Source: Ascidiella aspersa (Eukaryota). Taken from it: a stretch of DNA of 64,000 nt. Under the pieces are notes generated by a model. It had not been told where the DNA came from and ran no database searches. It was given only the letters and a program-made list of their open reading frames with translations. The DNA lies in the NCBI GenBank assembly GCA_963924565.1, contig OZ004612.1, positions 10,602,001 to 10,666,000 on the forward strand, in the 5' to 3' direction. How positions within the stretch are numbered: the first letter of the stretch is position 1; every line of letters starts with the position of its first letter. The position numbers and the translations under genes are program-made. Positions 13,172-25,478 of the stretch are shown here, one piece after another.

Positions 13172-14260
13172 AGCATATTGCAATTGGTATGGCCTTTTTC
13201 ACCCTTTATACAACACATTGGACGCCTGACTATACTTTCACTATCGGTTTTCGCGCTTCACAATTATATATATATATACATATGTGTTTTAGGTTTCCTA
13301 GAGATTTTTGACTTTTTGTTGATTGCGCTAACGAAGGACTTTACTAAGGAGAAGACTCTCGGTAGTATGACATGGTACATCTTTTAGTCATTTTACTAAA
13401 ATGCTGAACGCAACTAATATGGTGCTATTTATTAGCAAAGTTTGAAAGTTAGGGTTATTTTCAGGAGAAATTCAAAACTAGTAATTGTTTTGAAAATGTG
13501 AAAAAAATCTTCTACTTTATGCTTAACCGGTAATTTGACAAAAAGTCGAAAATTTGTTCTTTCAAAAAATCAATTTTTGCAAAACAAGACGATCGAGAAA
13601 CAAACACACGTATGTGGGTGTCAATATGACAAACTAACCCTTAACAAATTAGTATATGCCTAACACGAATTAGTGAAGGTACCAGTGCCAAAAAGGTAAC
13701 AATAATGTTGTTTTAAAATAAGGTAATTTTTTCACGAACTGTGCAGCCACGATAAAGCTACGGTAACATAGGATGTTTAGAAATGCATCACTTTTGTAAG
13801 CAAAAGTTAATAAGAACGTGAAGTTTGGTGAAATGTCAACATTTAACGGCGATCAGTGTTATGATTAGTAATTAAGTTTATCCACATTGTTTCAATAGTT
13901 AATCAGCTGATAACAAAGTCAACACACAATTATGAAAACTTTTGTTGGAAAACTTAGTATAAAACATAAATATGGAAGACTTGCTTTAATTTACAGAGTT
14001 TGTAATACGCTTTAAAACCTCGAGGAAACTTTCTTAAATCTCATAAAGTGCATGTTATATACAGAAAAACAAAACATGAAAAATGAAAGGTGTAGCCTTT
14101 AATAAAAACACGAAAAACATTGATAAAATAAAGCCAAAACATTAATCTGCAGCAATAAAACCAAAATGTTAAGGAACATGATACAAACAAATCTATGAAG
14201 TGCACTGCATAGTCCTTGTATGCTAAAGCAAGTTAAAATCATGATAAAAATGCATAATAA

Positions 14261-15127
14261 TCATGACAAAATGGCATGGTAATGCCACAAAGGATGTTCA
14301 TAGTCTGAATTGGATGGATGATCATCAATCAACTGTTTTATCTGTGGAGGAGGTTGCAAACCAAGCTCAACAGCTCGTTCCCATCTCTCAAGTCTTGTCA
14401 TACCTTAATATGTATTTATTCCGAGAAAATGGAGGCAATTACTAAAATTTTTCATTAATGTTTAGCTTGATAACAAATTTCAATAACTGATGATGATCCA
14501 AGTTCATAGCAAAACATCATTTTCAAGATGATGTTGATTTACTCGAAATTTATTATCAAGCTAAATTAGAGATATATATACATAGTGTACATAACTTGTA
14601 TGTTCACTTTTTGACATGCCACTTAATTGTACTATTTGACAAATGAAAATGTAAAGGAAAAAAAAAAATACGTTGTTTAATTTGATAAACCTATTCTTAG
14701 TTTTTAGAAACAGCTCTAGAAAACTAAAAGTTTACTCTGTTTTAAATAAAAATATAGTTTAAAAAAAAACATTTACAGGAATGATGTCTGTAAAAACTTG
14801 ATTCGAACCTTGACTTGGGCCAAATGTTGAATCCATATCGAATTGTCTCAAAAATGTTATGTCTTCATTTGGAACTTTTTCCTTTAATGTTAAACCAACA
14901 TTTGTCTCAGTTTTGTCAGCTGCCTTTAAACCTTAGAAAGAGTATGTTAAAAGCTTCACTTTAAACCAATTATAATCTCTTTGCTTCAAACTTCATGCTT
15001 TGATTATACACCTAAATTAAAAAAGAAAAACTTTGGTTGCAACTATACATTTACTTTTTGTTGATGCACTTCGTAAATTCTTTGATTTTCTTATGTGGTC
15101 AGTTATCTTTGCTTGGTTCACAGCCAT
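14261..15127 (-). CDS. POLD4: DNA polymerase delta subunit 4 (p12); exons 15127-15055, 14931-14809, 14403-14261
   Basis: Not in the ORF track. The spliced product has an N-terminal PIP-like QAKITDHI and C-terminal FLRQFDMDSTFGPSQGMTRLERWERAVELGLQPPPQIKQLI..HPLW, matching the p12 motif LRQFD..GP..G.TRL.RW.RA..GL.PP. Intron phases agree. Confidence 0.9.
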
Positions 15128-16426
15128 GTTTCAGATGTATAGTTTTAACCTAAAGTAATTAGAAATAGATCAAATGAGTTAAAAAATTATTATTGAACTC
15201 CACACCAAATTTTATTACAAACAATGTCTGAATCCTTGTTGTACATCTTAAGCTATAAAGGACTTCAAACATATTTTAGTTATTTGACACTGGTGCAACT
15301 TTCTTTGTTTTTCAATATAACTTTGCAAAGGGACGAAAATCGGTATGGCAAAGCTGCTTTGCCGAAGCGGATCTTTTGTCATGCCCATGGGCGACCATAA
15401 ACACATTCAATTAGCCAGTTGAGTTGAATGGCCAAACGTAATCCAGGTTAAACAGCAAAACGTCCACTTAAAAAACGTCCAGCCAAATTTTATAAACCAA
15501 AGATGTTACACGCGCCACGCAAGTTGCAGTAGGAAGCAGCTTTCTACTAAAAAGTCACAACTTAAGTATTAAAGTAAATGTTTCACAACATTGCGACATT
15601 CAAAAATACAATGGCGTAACTCCACCTTTCATTGTTTACTCGCATGTTTACCAAAGCGTGAAATTATGTTTTTTACGCTTGATTGGGGTTAAAATACTCC
15701 ATGCGTGATCTCACTGATCTTACTGATTTCTGAAGGATGGGGTGTCTTTTGGTTGCGAGCTGAAATGTTATTTACATCATTAATTTCCATCCATTTTTTG
15801 GCCCCATATATCATTTAAATATATATATTTGTGCAATGAACCACTTAAAATAATACCTCAATAACTAACTTGGCAACATACAACTTGAATTTTATCTTGG
15901 CAAACAGGCAACAAATTGTCTTTATAACTAACTCAGTTTTATCCTCTGGAATATTCACAATTCGTCTCAGGAATGTGTACAAACGAGTTAGACCCTCTAA
16001 AAAACGAATAACCATGATTGTTATGCAGGCGTGCATACAATTATAAAGTGTTATGTAGTTTTTCTAAGTGCAGTGCTTACACTGTTGCATTTTGGTGCAA
16101 ACCAGTTCTTTGTTATGCCTATAAGGCTATCACACACTAACTGAGTTCCGTGTCTTTATTAACTTATTGTGGAAAGTGTGGCAAGTGGCCTTGCAAGTTT
16201 TTGTTTTACAAACCCAACCTGCACCGCCAAAAAATAAAATATGCACCCCGATTTTCCTATTTTGTGCACCCCAATTTTTTCGGCCATACACTTGCCATAT
16301 TTTGTCTAGATCTGCCATACTTTCCAAAGGTTTAACAACTTTTAGACCATAAAGTTATTATGTGCAATTGCAATCAACTAAAAAAAAATCACATTTATTA
16401 CTTTACAGATTTTTTTTTAGTTATTT

Positions 16427-19400
16427 ATGATGTTTGTTTTTTTGTATGTTATTTTTTTTGTTGTTACTTTTTGTTTTTGTGAATCATTTACTCAAAATTT
16501 CAATGCTGATGATAAACTGCTTCAGAATTCATTTGACAAGTTTATCCATGACTTTAACAAAAGTTATGCATTCGGAAGTTCCGAGTACAAGTACAGATTT
16601 AACAACTTTGTGGTAAGACAAGTGAACTTTTTTTAAAAACCTTCATAAATATTTTTATATTATTTGTTCTAGGCTACCATTACAAGAATTCAGAAAAAGA
16701 ACTCTTTGAGTTTGTTTGTACAACCAGAAGGCAACCAGTCAACCATATATGGTATTACAAAGTTTTCAGATCTGTCACCAAAGGAATTTAAAGGTTAGAT
16801 CATCGTAAATGCTATTTTATTTTTTGATTATAAATTATTTATTGTCGTAGAATCCTTTCTTTCCAAAAGCACCCAAACGGAAAATCATGCAAATCAGTTA
16901 TTAATGGAAAGTTATAAATTCCCAAAAATGTGGGATTGGAGAGCCAAGGGCATTGTATCTCCTGTAAAAGATCAAGGAAAGGTATGAAGTTGCAATAAAT
17001 TGAAATATTGTATTGATATCCTAACATTTTATTAGTAGGGTGATTATTTTTTACCTAAAAGCTATAATATGAATATTTTTATAATATATTTTTTTTGACC
17101 AAATTATTTTTATTTTGTTAAAATTTGACCTGTCAGAAATGCATGGATTTAAACAACGTTTATTGAATAAAGTACTTCATTAGTGTCTTGGTTTTTATAG
17201 CCACTTTTCATATTTTACTGATGAACAGTTGAAGGCAAATCATATATTTTTTCGGGTTTGTGTGAAACCCTTAAAAATGCCTAGTTGACATTTGTTGCAT
17301 ATCAAAAAGAAAAAAAAGCTATAAAAATGCAAAAAAACAAGACGCTAAATATTTTATTTGCCTGAGTTACCTAAAGACCTACCTTATTATTAAAATAGAT
17401 TATGGGTTTATTGTAAATCACCACCGAAAAAAGACACAGCAAATACTGTTAATACATTTATTACACGACTATCTGATTTATTACTCAACTATACTATCTG
17501 GAAAAATTGAGTTCCGTCTATTGTTATTATGAAGATTTAAATGTTGTTGGATGTACTTTAAAACATTGTTTTTTTTTATATAAATGTAAACTGATTGCCA
17601 ATTTTAAAGAATCTCTTTTTAGTTTTTGGTAATTTTGTAAATGAATTTTGTGCATTTATTAAACGATTTTGACTTTTTTGTTAAGTCAAAAATAATCACC
17701 CTAATTGTAGGCTAATTTGTAATTTGTTACAAACATTTTAATTGGGGTAAAGTAACGTATTGTTTTTCCTGAACAACATATGCATGGTGTTACATTATTT
17801 TGTTTTAAGTAAACACTGTTTTATTTTTCAGTGTGGAAGCTGTTGGTAAGAAACAGTGTTTACATTTTTAAAAGTATATTTCTTTAAGTTCGTTTATAGT
17901 TTGCTAATGCTTTAGTTTTGTTGGCAGGGCATTTAGTGCTGTTGAGAATGTTGAGTCAATGTGGGCAAAATCAAACAAATTGATTAAGCTTAGCATTCAA
18001 CAAGTTGTGGATTGTAGTACCACAAACTTTGGTTGTAGTGGGGGCTCTCCTTGTTCCGCTCTTGCATGGCTGAAACACGTAAGAAACTAATCCTGTTTTT
18101 CATTAATTTGACTAAACCTGTAAATGTCTTAAAACGCCCCACAAACCTCATTCAGGTACACTTTATGTTGAGTGTATTTTTTTGATTACTTTTAAACACC
18201 ACTTATATTTTTTAAAGCAGAAAAAAATGTAATTAATTTATTTTTAGAACAAAGTCCGCCTAGTAGAAAGTAATCTATACCCCTATCATCAGGTTGCTGG
18301 ACATTGTCATAATGAAAGCTTGTAAGTATTAAGTTATGGGTAGGGTTGTTTTACACAACTTTAGTCAGACTTTGGTTCATTGCCTGTTACATTGAGTCTC
18401 AAGTCAGCTCCTACTCTGAAAAAAAGTAGGATGAATTACATGATATAAGCCATTACAACTATTTCCAATTACACTAGTTTTACTGTGTTTTACACTAGTG
18501 GTTTTTAGATTTGTTGACCCCTACTTATAATACTGCTTTTGGGTTGTCAGTTATAATGTGAATAAACTCAAAAAAGCAGAAGGTTTGCCCCTAGTAATCC
18601 TACAATGTATTTTGTTCATGTATCACTTCATGATGGAATACTAAACAGATTTAAAGCAGGCACAATTAAAAGGTGTTAATACAGCGTCAATCACATATTT
18701 AAACTGGCCAGAGCCTTATTCACATATCAGATGCAACCATTTGTGTTAAGACACTGCATTATAAAAGGTATTTTATTAGTTTCAATAAAAGTTGCAGATT
18801 TAAATCCTGAGGAATTTAAATCCTTAGGTCAGAGTCTTTAGGTCTATAGTGGTGAGTACCTTGTTTTTACCACATAAATATACTAACTACCATTTTAGGC
18901 AACCATTTGGAGTTGGAGTTGGACAATTTTTTTGCGGCAGGTTAGTGTTGTATTTAAAAATAATTAACTTTAAGAACATCATATGCTTAATGCGTCGACC
19001 GTATTTGTTTTCTTCAGCTGCCAGGGTCGATGTCCTGATGTTGAAATGAAGGAAATGTTACCAATCTTGTTCGCTAATGGCCCTCTAGCAATATCTGTCA
19101 ATGCTATTAGTTGGCAGGTCGGCATATTTAGTATTTTGTGTGTCACTCATAAATAGCTTTATTTGGTCTTTCTGTATGTAGGACTATGTAGGTGGAATTA
19201 TTCAGCATCATTGCTCTCATGATACCGCTAACCATGCAGTTCAGATTGTTGGTTATGATGTTACTGGTAAGTAAATATTAGTTTTGAGGTTATGTAATTA
19301 CAATAGTTTTAAAGTTTTTAAAATTAGGAATTTTTGGACATCTGCTAGGTGGCAGGCGTTAATAACTTAACGATCAAATAAAACATTCTAGGCATATATA

Positions 19401-20765
19401 TTGGGATCCAACCCGCCTAGCTATTTAATTCAGAACCGCTGAAAAATATTTTTTCTAGGTGTTTAATACGCTAATTTATCAACGCATTAGCGCATCTAAC
19501 CTAGCCTGCTGTTAGAATAATGTTCATGAAAATGTTTTACTAAAACCCGTCAACAAACTTTATACATGAAGGATGGGATAACTTAAAGGCCTGACAATTC
19601 ACGTCGCAGATAACTGTTAAAATTGACAATCGCGGGCCAAATAGGCTATAAAATTTTGTGTCATATATTATTAATTTAATTTAAAACTATTTAACAAAAA
19701 CTGTTAAAACTGTTAAGCTTTGTGAAATTGTCGGTCATTTTATATATATACAAAATTTATTGCATCTGATAACTTACAATTGCATTTTATCTTTAATAAA
19801 GCAATGCTCCGCAACAACAGGGTTTACAATTTTCAGGGTAATTACGCCGAGCGCTATTCATACACTAATTGTAACTATATGCTTTTAAAGTCCCAAAACC
19901 ATCCGCGAACGCCAACCAAGATAAGTTTGTGGGACACCAACTGAGATAAAAGAAATTACAGTGCGTTTTGAGCTTAGGAATTATGCGGTTTTGGTATAAA
20001 GTTGGAAATCGTGTTGCTGCATAGTTTAGACGCGCTAATGACCTGGTAGTTAAGTTTGTTTAAAAGGTATTTTTAAATCACGACATTTGCAATTGATAGT
20101 AGTAACATAAGACTGGATTTTATACGAAATCTTCATGTAAAAGCACAAGTAAAAAAGCCTGATACAGCGAAACACACTGTATTAAAGGCAATGCCGGAAG
20201 ACATTTAAAAAAAAAACTGTTTGATTTAGTAATTTTATGGGATAACTTTTTTCTGAAAATACATCGCAACAGCTAGAAGTTTTCTATGCCAAAAATATCA
20301 ACTAAGCACGAAGCTATACGGATTTGCGCTCACCAGTTTTCGACGAAAAATGCTGTGAACAACAGAGAATGACAATGCCGAGATATAGCCATATACAGCA
20401 ATTCATCCTGTATGTCTAAATTTGTTAAAAAACAGTTTTTAAGTAAAAAATCTCTTCACAAATACCGCTTGACTTTTGTTGGTTGTTAATTCGGTTTGCT
20501 TATCATTTTAAACTATTATTATTAGCGTTTCTCAGTTATAAAACTTGTTCTTGCAGGGGAAATTCCGTTTTGGATTGTTCGAAACTCCTGGGGTACGGAT
20601 TTTGGAGAAAACGGATTTTTGAGAATCAAAATAGGTGGCAACCTTTGCGGTATGTGTTTCACAGAGAGACCGTTCTAAATTTATAAATGCAATTATAATG
20701 AATATTTTTATCCTTTTTTAGGTGTCGCTAACTCCTACGCTGGCGTCATTTCAACTTTTGATTAA
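16427..20765 (+). CDS. CTSO: Cathepsin O (papain family C1A); exons 16427-16612, 16673-16793, 16851-16981, 17832-17845, 17928-18078, 18248-18321, 18899-18940, 19018-19117, 19182-19267, 20557-20649, 20722-20765
   Basis: Signal peptide, I29 propeptide ([14 protein letters not shown]), WDWR, DQGKCGSCWAFS (catalytic Cys), NHAVQIVGY (His), WIVRNSWG (Asn). [14 protein letters not shown] is characteristic of cathepsin O. All introns are GT-AG and in phase. Confidence 0.92.
17036..17703. mobile_element. TIR element (hAT-like tagggtg termini) filling most of CTSO intron 3
   Basis: 16-bp TIR tagggtgattattttt/aaaaataatcacccta; no clean TSD recovered. Confidence 0.65.
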
Positions 20766-20975
20766 AAGTTCTTATGATATTACTTTTTGTTTTCACCTTA
20801 TAATCTTGTTAATCTTTTTGCTTTTTTGTATCACTGTTGTGAACATGTTTCCACCTTTACCTTATGCAATACACTCAAGTTTGTATAAAGTCTTATTGTT
20901 ATAACATCACGAAAAACTTTCTGCCTCAGGTTGTAGCAATTGTTCAATATAGAGTGGGAAGAGATATCAACACTT

Positions 20976-21033
20976 TGTTTGAGGACTAAATTGTCTGTTT
21001 TGGCCTGTTTGAGGACTAAATTATCTGTTTTGG
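20976..21033. repeat. 30-bp tandem duplication downstream of the CTSO stop
   Basis: tgtttgaggactaaattRtctgttttgg occurs twice in tandem. Confidence 0.8.
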
Positions 21034-23032
21034 TGTGTATTTTACTCATCTTACATTTTGCCTTTTTCCTCTTTTTAAAATAGCGAAGTTACACATCCCA
21101 TGAACTTTTTGTTAATTTGTGCGCCAATTATCTCTTCTGCAGGTCTCGTTTTATAAAGTCAGATAAAAACAAAAGTTAACTATTAGGGAAAATGTTAAAA
21201 TTTTCCTCACACAAAACTGCCTCAAACAAACCGCTTCTAAATAACCCTCTCTTTAAGCGCCATCCGGGAAAAACTAAACACCAAGAAGCACGTTTGTAAC
21301 GTTGCTAAAACTTTTTAAATGCATTGGCCTAATATAGTCAGCGGTTTTCAAACCGCTAGTTTTTATTCGGTCAATGACTGACGCCTAGTTACTGCCACGG
21401 CTCTGTCGTAGCTAATTTAATTGTTACCAACATTTTAACTGAAGCCGTACGTGAGTTCTTAGTTCGGGTTTTAGATTGAATTAACTACAAGAAAAGTAAC
21501 CTGACAAACACAACAGTTAACCCAGCATACAAGTTTATTAAGCATCACACACCTTGGTCAAATAAGTCCTGAAGAAAAGTCAGGACGACATAAAATCGTG
21601 ACGTTAGTTGCATATTTTAAAGGTGGTAACTGACACTGATGGATAAGTGTTTTCTGATGCGTTATATCCGGATCGTGCAAATTTGAGTAACCTTTCGGCT
21701 TGGTTGAATCCAAACAGTGGCTGGAGCTGATTTTTATTTAAAAAAATGCGAACAAGCTGTTAACGCGAATATATTCGGACATACATTCTGGTTCGTAAAT
21801 CGGAAAGTACAAATGACACTCTTCTTTTAGTTAAATACCAATTTATTTTCGCTTTTCTGAAAGCTGTTAGTTCAGAAAACGTTGTAATAAACAGTACCAG
21901 AACTGGCCCACTGGGTAACAAAAACACTATTATCATGCAAAGGTTACGGGTCGTTTACGAGAGAGTGCCAGGTAGTCTGCTTACAATTACATACTCAAAA
22001 CTATCGCTATTAAGTTTTTATGTAAATAATAATATTTTTATAAGTTACTTAATGAGCGCGAAAAGGTCGCAAAAAGTGTTGTTAAAGTTGCTGGTCAAGT
22101 GTAAGTAAGATAAGGAGCAAACAAATTTCATGTTAAATATTTACTTGAGGTTTGCAAATGTTCTACAGCGTTGCCTATTTTACACTGTTTGCTGACGCAT
22201 GAAAAAAAGAGAAATGACCTAAAATCCGTATCAATATAGTCTATTGTGTGATATTGCACTTCTAAAATCAAAGTTTTAACAACAAATTTATTATATTTAA
22301 TCGATATACAACTAACATATTTATAATGGTGATTAGAAAAGCCAGACATAAAGAAATGTAGGCAAATCATATGCTTAATTTTACGTAAACGACTTGGATA
22401 ATTAGCAAAACGTGGGGTCGTGTTTTTCCTCTGATAGTAAATACGAAATGACAGTGCAATTTAGCAAGAACAGTTTAGCTCCGCCTGTAGTATTTGTGCA
22501 AGTGTGTTTAAAACTTGTTAAACTTGTACTGCGCTTGCTTTGTTCTTTATTTGCTAGTGTATACGGCATTTATTCATTCTAAGGTCATTATTTTATTTTT
22601 TTAACGCATATTTTTTGTTGGTTGCAACTTGCAAAGACATATAGCAGGCCAGGTGCACAACATGCGGCCTTAAATGAACAAGTTTATAAGTATGGCAAAA
22701 TGTGCACCGGCGATTGTTTTTCAACAGACTCGACCTGAACCCTTATAAATAGATTATTCCATACAATAACCTCTAACATCTTTAATTGTCATTTTTGTGC
22801 TTACTAAAAATATTTTGATTTTTGTGTGATTGGCTGCTGCTGAATGCTTTCAAAAGAGTAAAAATGAACTTTCCTTCTATGTGTATCTATACCTTTGTCA
22901 TGCGATTTAATATATTAATTTAATGTAGTGTGAAACCAATTTATTGTAAGTGCAAATCTTATATGTACCTGTGTTTGTAGGAGGTCTGTTGGCTAATTTT
23001 TACATAGGTATCATTTTGAACTTTAGGAAGCT

Positions 23033-25252
23033 ATGGGGAAACAAAAATTGAAGGCAAAGGCCCGAAAGGACAAGTACTACCAGCTTGCAAAGGAGACTGG
23101 GTACAGAGCTAGATCGGCATTCAAGCTTTTGCAACTCAACAAGAAATTTAACTTTCTTCAGTCTTCCCAAGTTCTCATTGACCTGTGCGCTGCCCCTGGT
23201 GGCTGGCTGCAAGTCGCTTCAGAGCACATGCCTGTAAAGAGCATCATTATTGGTGTGGATCTTGTTCCAATTAAACCGATCCCGCGGTGTATAACTTTTC
23301 AGGATGACATTACAAAGGAAAGCTGCAGGTCGCAAATCAGAAATGAGCTTCACAGTTGGAAAGTGGATTGTTTTTTAAACGATGGTGCGCCAAACGTTGG
23401 AAAGAACTGGCTCTTTGATGCTTATTCACAATCGGTCCTGGCACTTCACGCTCTTAAACTTGCCTGCGAGTTTTTAAAAAAAGGTGGATGGTTTATAACC
23501 AAGGTATTTCGTTCTAAAGACTACCAAGCTCTTATGTGGGTTTTCGGACAACTTTTTAACAAAGTTCATGCAACAAAACCACAAGCTTCGAGGAATGTCT
23601 CCGCTGAAATTTTCGTGGTATGTCAAGGTTACAAGTGCCCTGATAAAATTGATAACAAGTTTTTTGATCCTAAATCTGTTTTCCAAGATGTGGAAGGTAA
23701 AACCAGAGATATAAGTATTCTGGATTTTGAGCCAAAAAAGAAAAAGAAGGCCAAAGGTTACAGTGAGGAACGCGATTTGCTATTCCAACGCAAAACTGTA
23801 GAAGAATATTTGCAATCACCAAATCCATTACAGCTTCTGAGTGAAATTAATGAGTTGGTATTTTCATCAGAAGAAGAAAAAAGTCACAGTTTAGTCACAA
23901 AGGACGTCATTGAAAACGTCAAGGACATTAAAAGCCTTGGCAAGAAAGAAATTAAGGGTTTGTTGAACTGGCATCGTAAAAGGCGAAAAATGGATGCTCC
24001 GGAGGTAGACATCAGTGAAAAAGCTGACGAAGATGAAATTGATAGTGAAGAAGAGATTGACCGGAAGCTGGAAGAACTAAAAGAAGATGAAGCGAAAGCT
24101 TTAAAAAGGAAAAAAAAAGTTGTGATTAAAGAAAGAACAAAGCTAAGGGAGAGAATGAGTCATATGGCACAATCGATTGCTGTCCAAGAAGACATGGAAC
24201 TGTTTGCACTGAAAAATGTCGAGTCAGCAAACAATTTATCTGAACTAACAGAGGATGTTGATGTTGATCAAGCATTAATGTCCGATGATGATGAAGAGGA
24301 AGAAGATGGGGACCAGCAGTCCGATCTTGAAGAAGAATCTGCTTCAGAAAATGAAGAAAACAATAACATGACAAAAAATGTTGCAGCTGCTGATGATAAT
24401 GAAGAATTTGATGAATTTGAGACCCAGTTATGGTTCAACAAAGATGTTTTTAAAAAGATTAACGAAGATGAAAACGAAAATGATGAAGTCGCACATGCTG
24501 AAAACTATTACAAAAAAAAAAGTGAAAAGGCTGTCCATGATAATTTTGTGAGTAAGACTGCTAAACCAAAGGAAGAAACAGAAGTGGAGGCCTCTGACTC
24601 TGACAGTGATTCGGATGATGAAGCAGTTGATAAGGTGAAGACAAAACAACAGCCTAAAGCCATTAAAAGACAAAATTATAAAATGGATGCAGATGGTCTA
24701 GCTCTTGGTACTGTCATTTCCACATCAAACAAACGCAAACGGGACATAATTGATGACTCATTCAATCGTTATACTTTCAATGACAAGGAATGCGATCTCC
24801 CTGATTGGTTTTTAGATGACGAAAAGAAGAGAGTTTTCAAATCGCATCTGGACAAGCATGTTCCGAAAGACCTGGTGAGCTTCTACAAAACAAAGCAAAT
24901 GCAGATTAATGACAGGACTGTGAAGAAAGTTGCTGAGGCAAAAGCAAGAAAAAAACGAAAAATGATGAAGAAAATGGAAAAAGTTCGTAAACAAGCGGAA
25001 GGCATTACTGACTCTGCTGAGATGTCAAACAAGGAAAAGGCTGCTCACGTCAAGGGGATTTATAAAAAGGCAGGGCTTCTAGGTAAAAAGAAGGAGCACA
25101 CAACCTATGTATTTGCCAAAAAAGGAACAGGCAAGAGAGTACGTAGGCCTCCAGGAGTTGCCGGAAAATTCAAGGTGGTTGACAAAAGAATGAAAAAAGA
25201 CTTGCGCGCAGACAAAACCAAGTCTGGGAAATCTGGGAAAAGAAGAAAATAA
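23033..25252 (+). CDS. FTSJ3: Pre-rRNA 2'-O-ribose methyltransferase FTSJ3/Spb1 (intronless, 739 aa)
   Basis: DKYYQLAKETGYRARSAFKL, SAM-binding IDLCAAPGGW, K-D-K-E tetrad (AFKL, NDGAP, FITKVF, SAEIF), acidic middle region, Spb1 C-terminal domain (FNRYTF..LPDWF, KKVAEAKARKK, FKVVDKRMKKD). Confidence 0.97.
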   Translation: MGKQKLKAKARKDKYYQLAKETGYRARSAFKLLQLNKKFNFLQSSQVLIDLCAAPGGWLQVASEHMPVKSIIIGVDLVPIKPIPRCITFQDDITKESCRSQIRNELHSWKVDCFLNDGAPNVGKNWLFDAYSQSVLALHALKLACEFLKKGGWFITKVFRSKDYQALMWVFGQLFNKVHATKPQASRNVSAEIFVVCQGYKCPDKIDNKFFDPKSVFQDVEGKTRDISILDFEPKKKKKAKGYSEERDLLFQRKTVEEYLQSPNPLQLLSEINELVFSSEEEKSHSLVTKDVIENVKDIKSLGKKEIKGLLNWHRKRRKMDAPEVDISEKADEDEIDSEEEIDRKLEELKEDEAKALKRKKKVVIKERTKLRERMSHMAQSIAVQEDMELFALKNVESANNLSELTEDVDVDQALMSDDDEEEEDGDQQSDLEEESASENEENNNMTKNVAAADDNEEFDEFETQLWFNKDVFKKINEDENENDEVAHAENYYKKKSEKAVHDNFVSKTAKPKEETEVEASDSDSDSDDEAVDKVKTKQQPKAIKRQNYKMDADGLALGTVISTSNKRKRDIIDDSFNRYTFNDKECDLPDWFLDDEKKRVFKSHLDKHVPKDLVSFYKTKQMQINDRTVKKVAEAKARKKRKMMKKMEKVRKQAEGITDSAEMSNKEKAAHVKGIYKKAGLLGKKKEHTTYVFAKKGTGKRVRRPPGVAGKFKVVDKRMKKDLRADKTKSGKSGKRRK

Positions 25253-25478
25253 CCTTTTATGAACATGTTTTAAATTTATGTGTTTTCTATAGGCAAACCA
25301 AAATAGTTGTGTGGAATTTGTATAAATGTTTTGACAGTCAACTTTTGAAGTAACTTTACCTTGAATTTAACCAATAAATTGTAATAATCTTTAAGTGTAG
25401 TATCATTACATTTACGGTTTTGTTATTCTTTTCTCACTGCAAACTTTTGGATTTCAGGTGCTTAAAAAGTTGTAGGGC

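Noticed and set aside
20831-21049. 72-aa minus-strand ORF with a repeated KTDNLVLKQ
   Set aside because: The repeat comes from a 30-bp DNA tandem duplication near the CTSO 3' end. The frame is closed just upstream, and no family motif or convincing splice partner was found.
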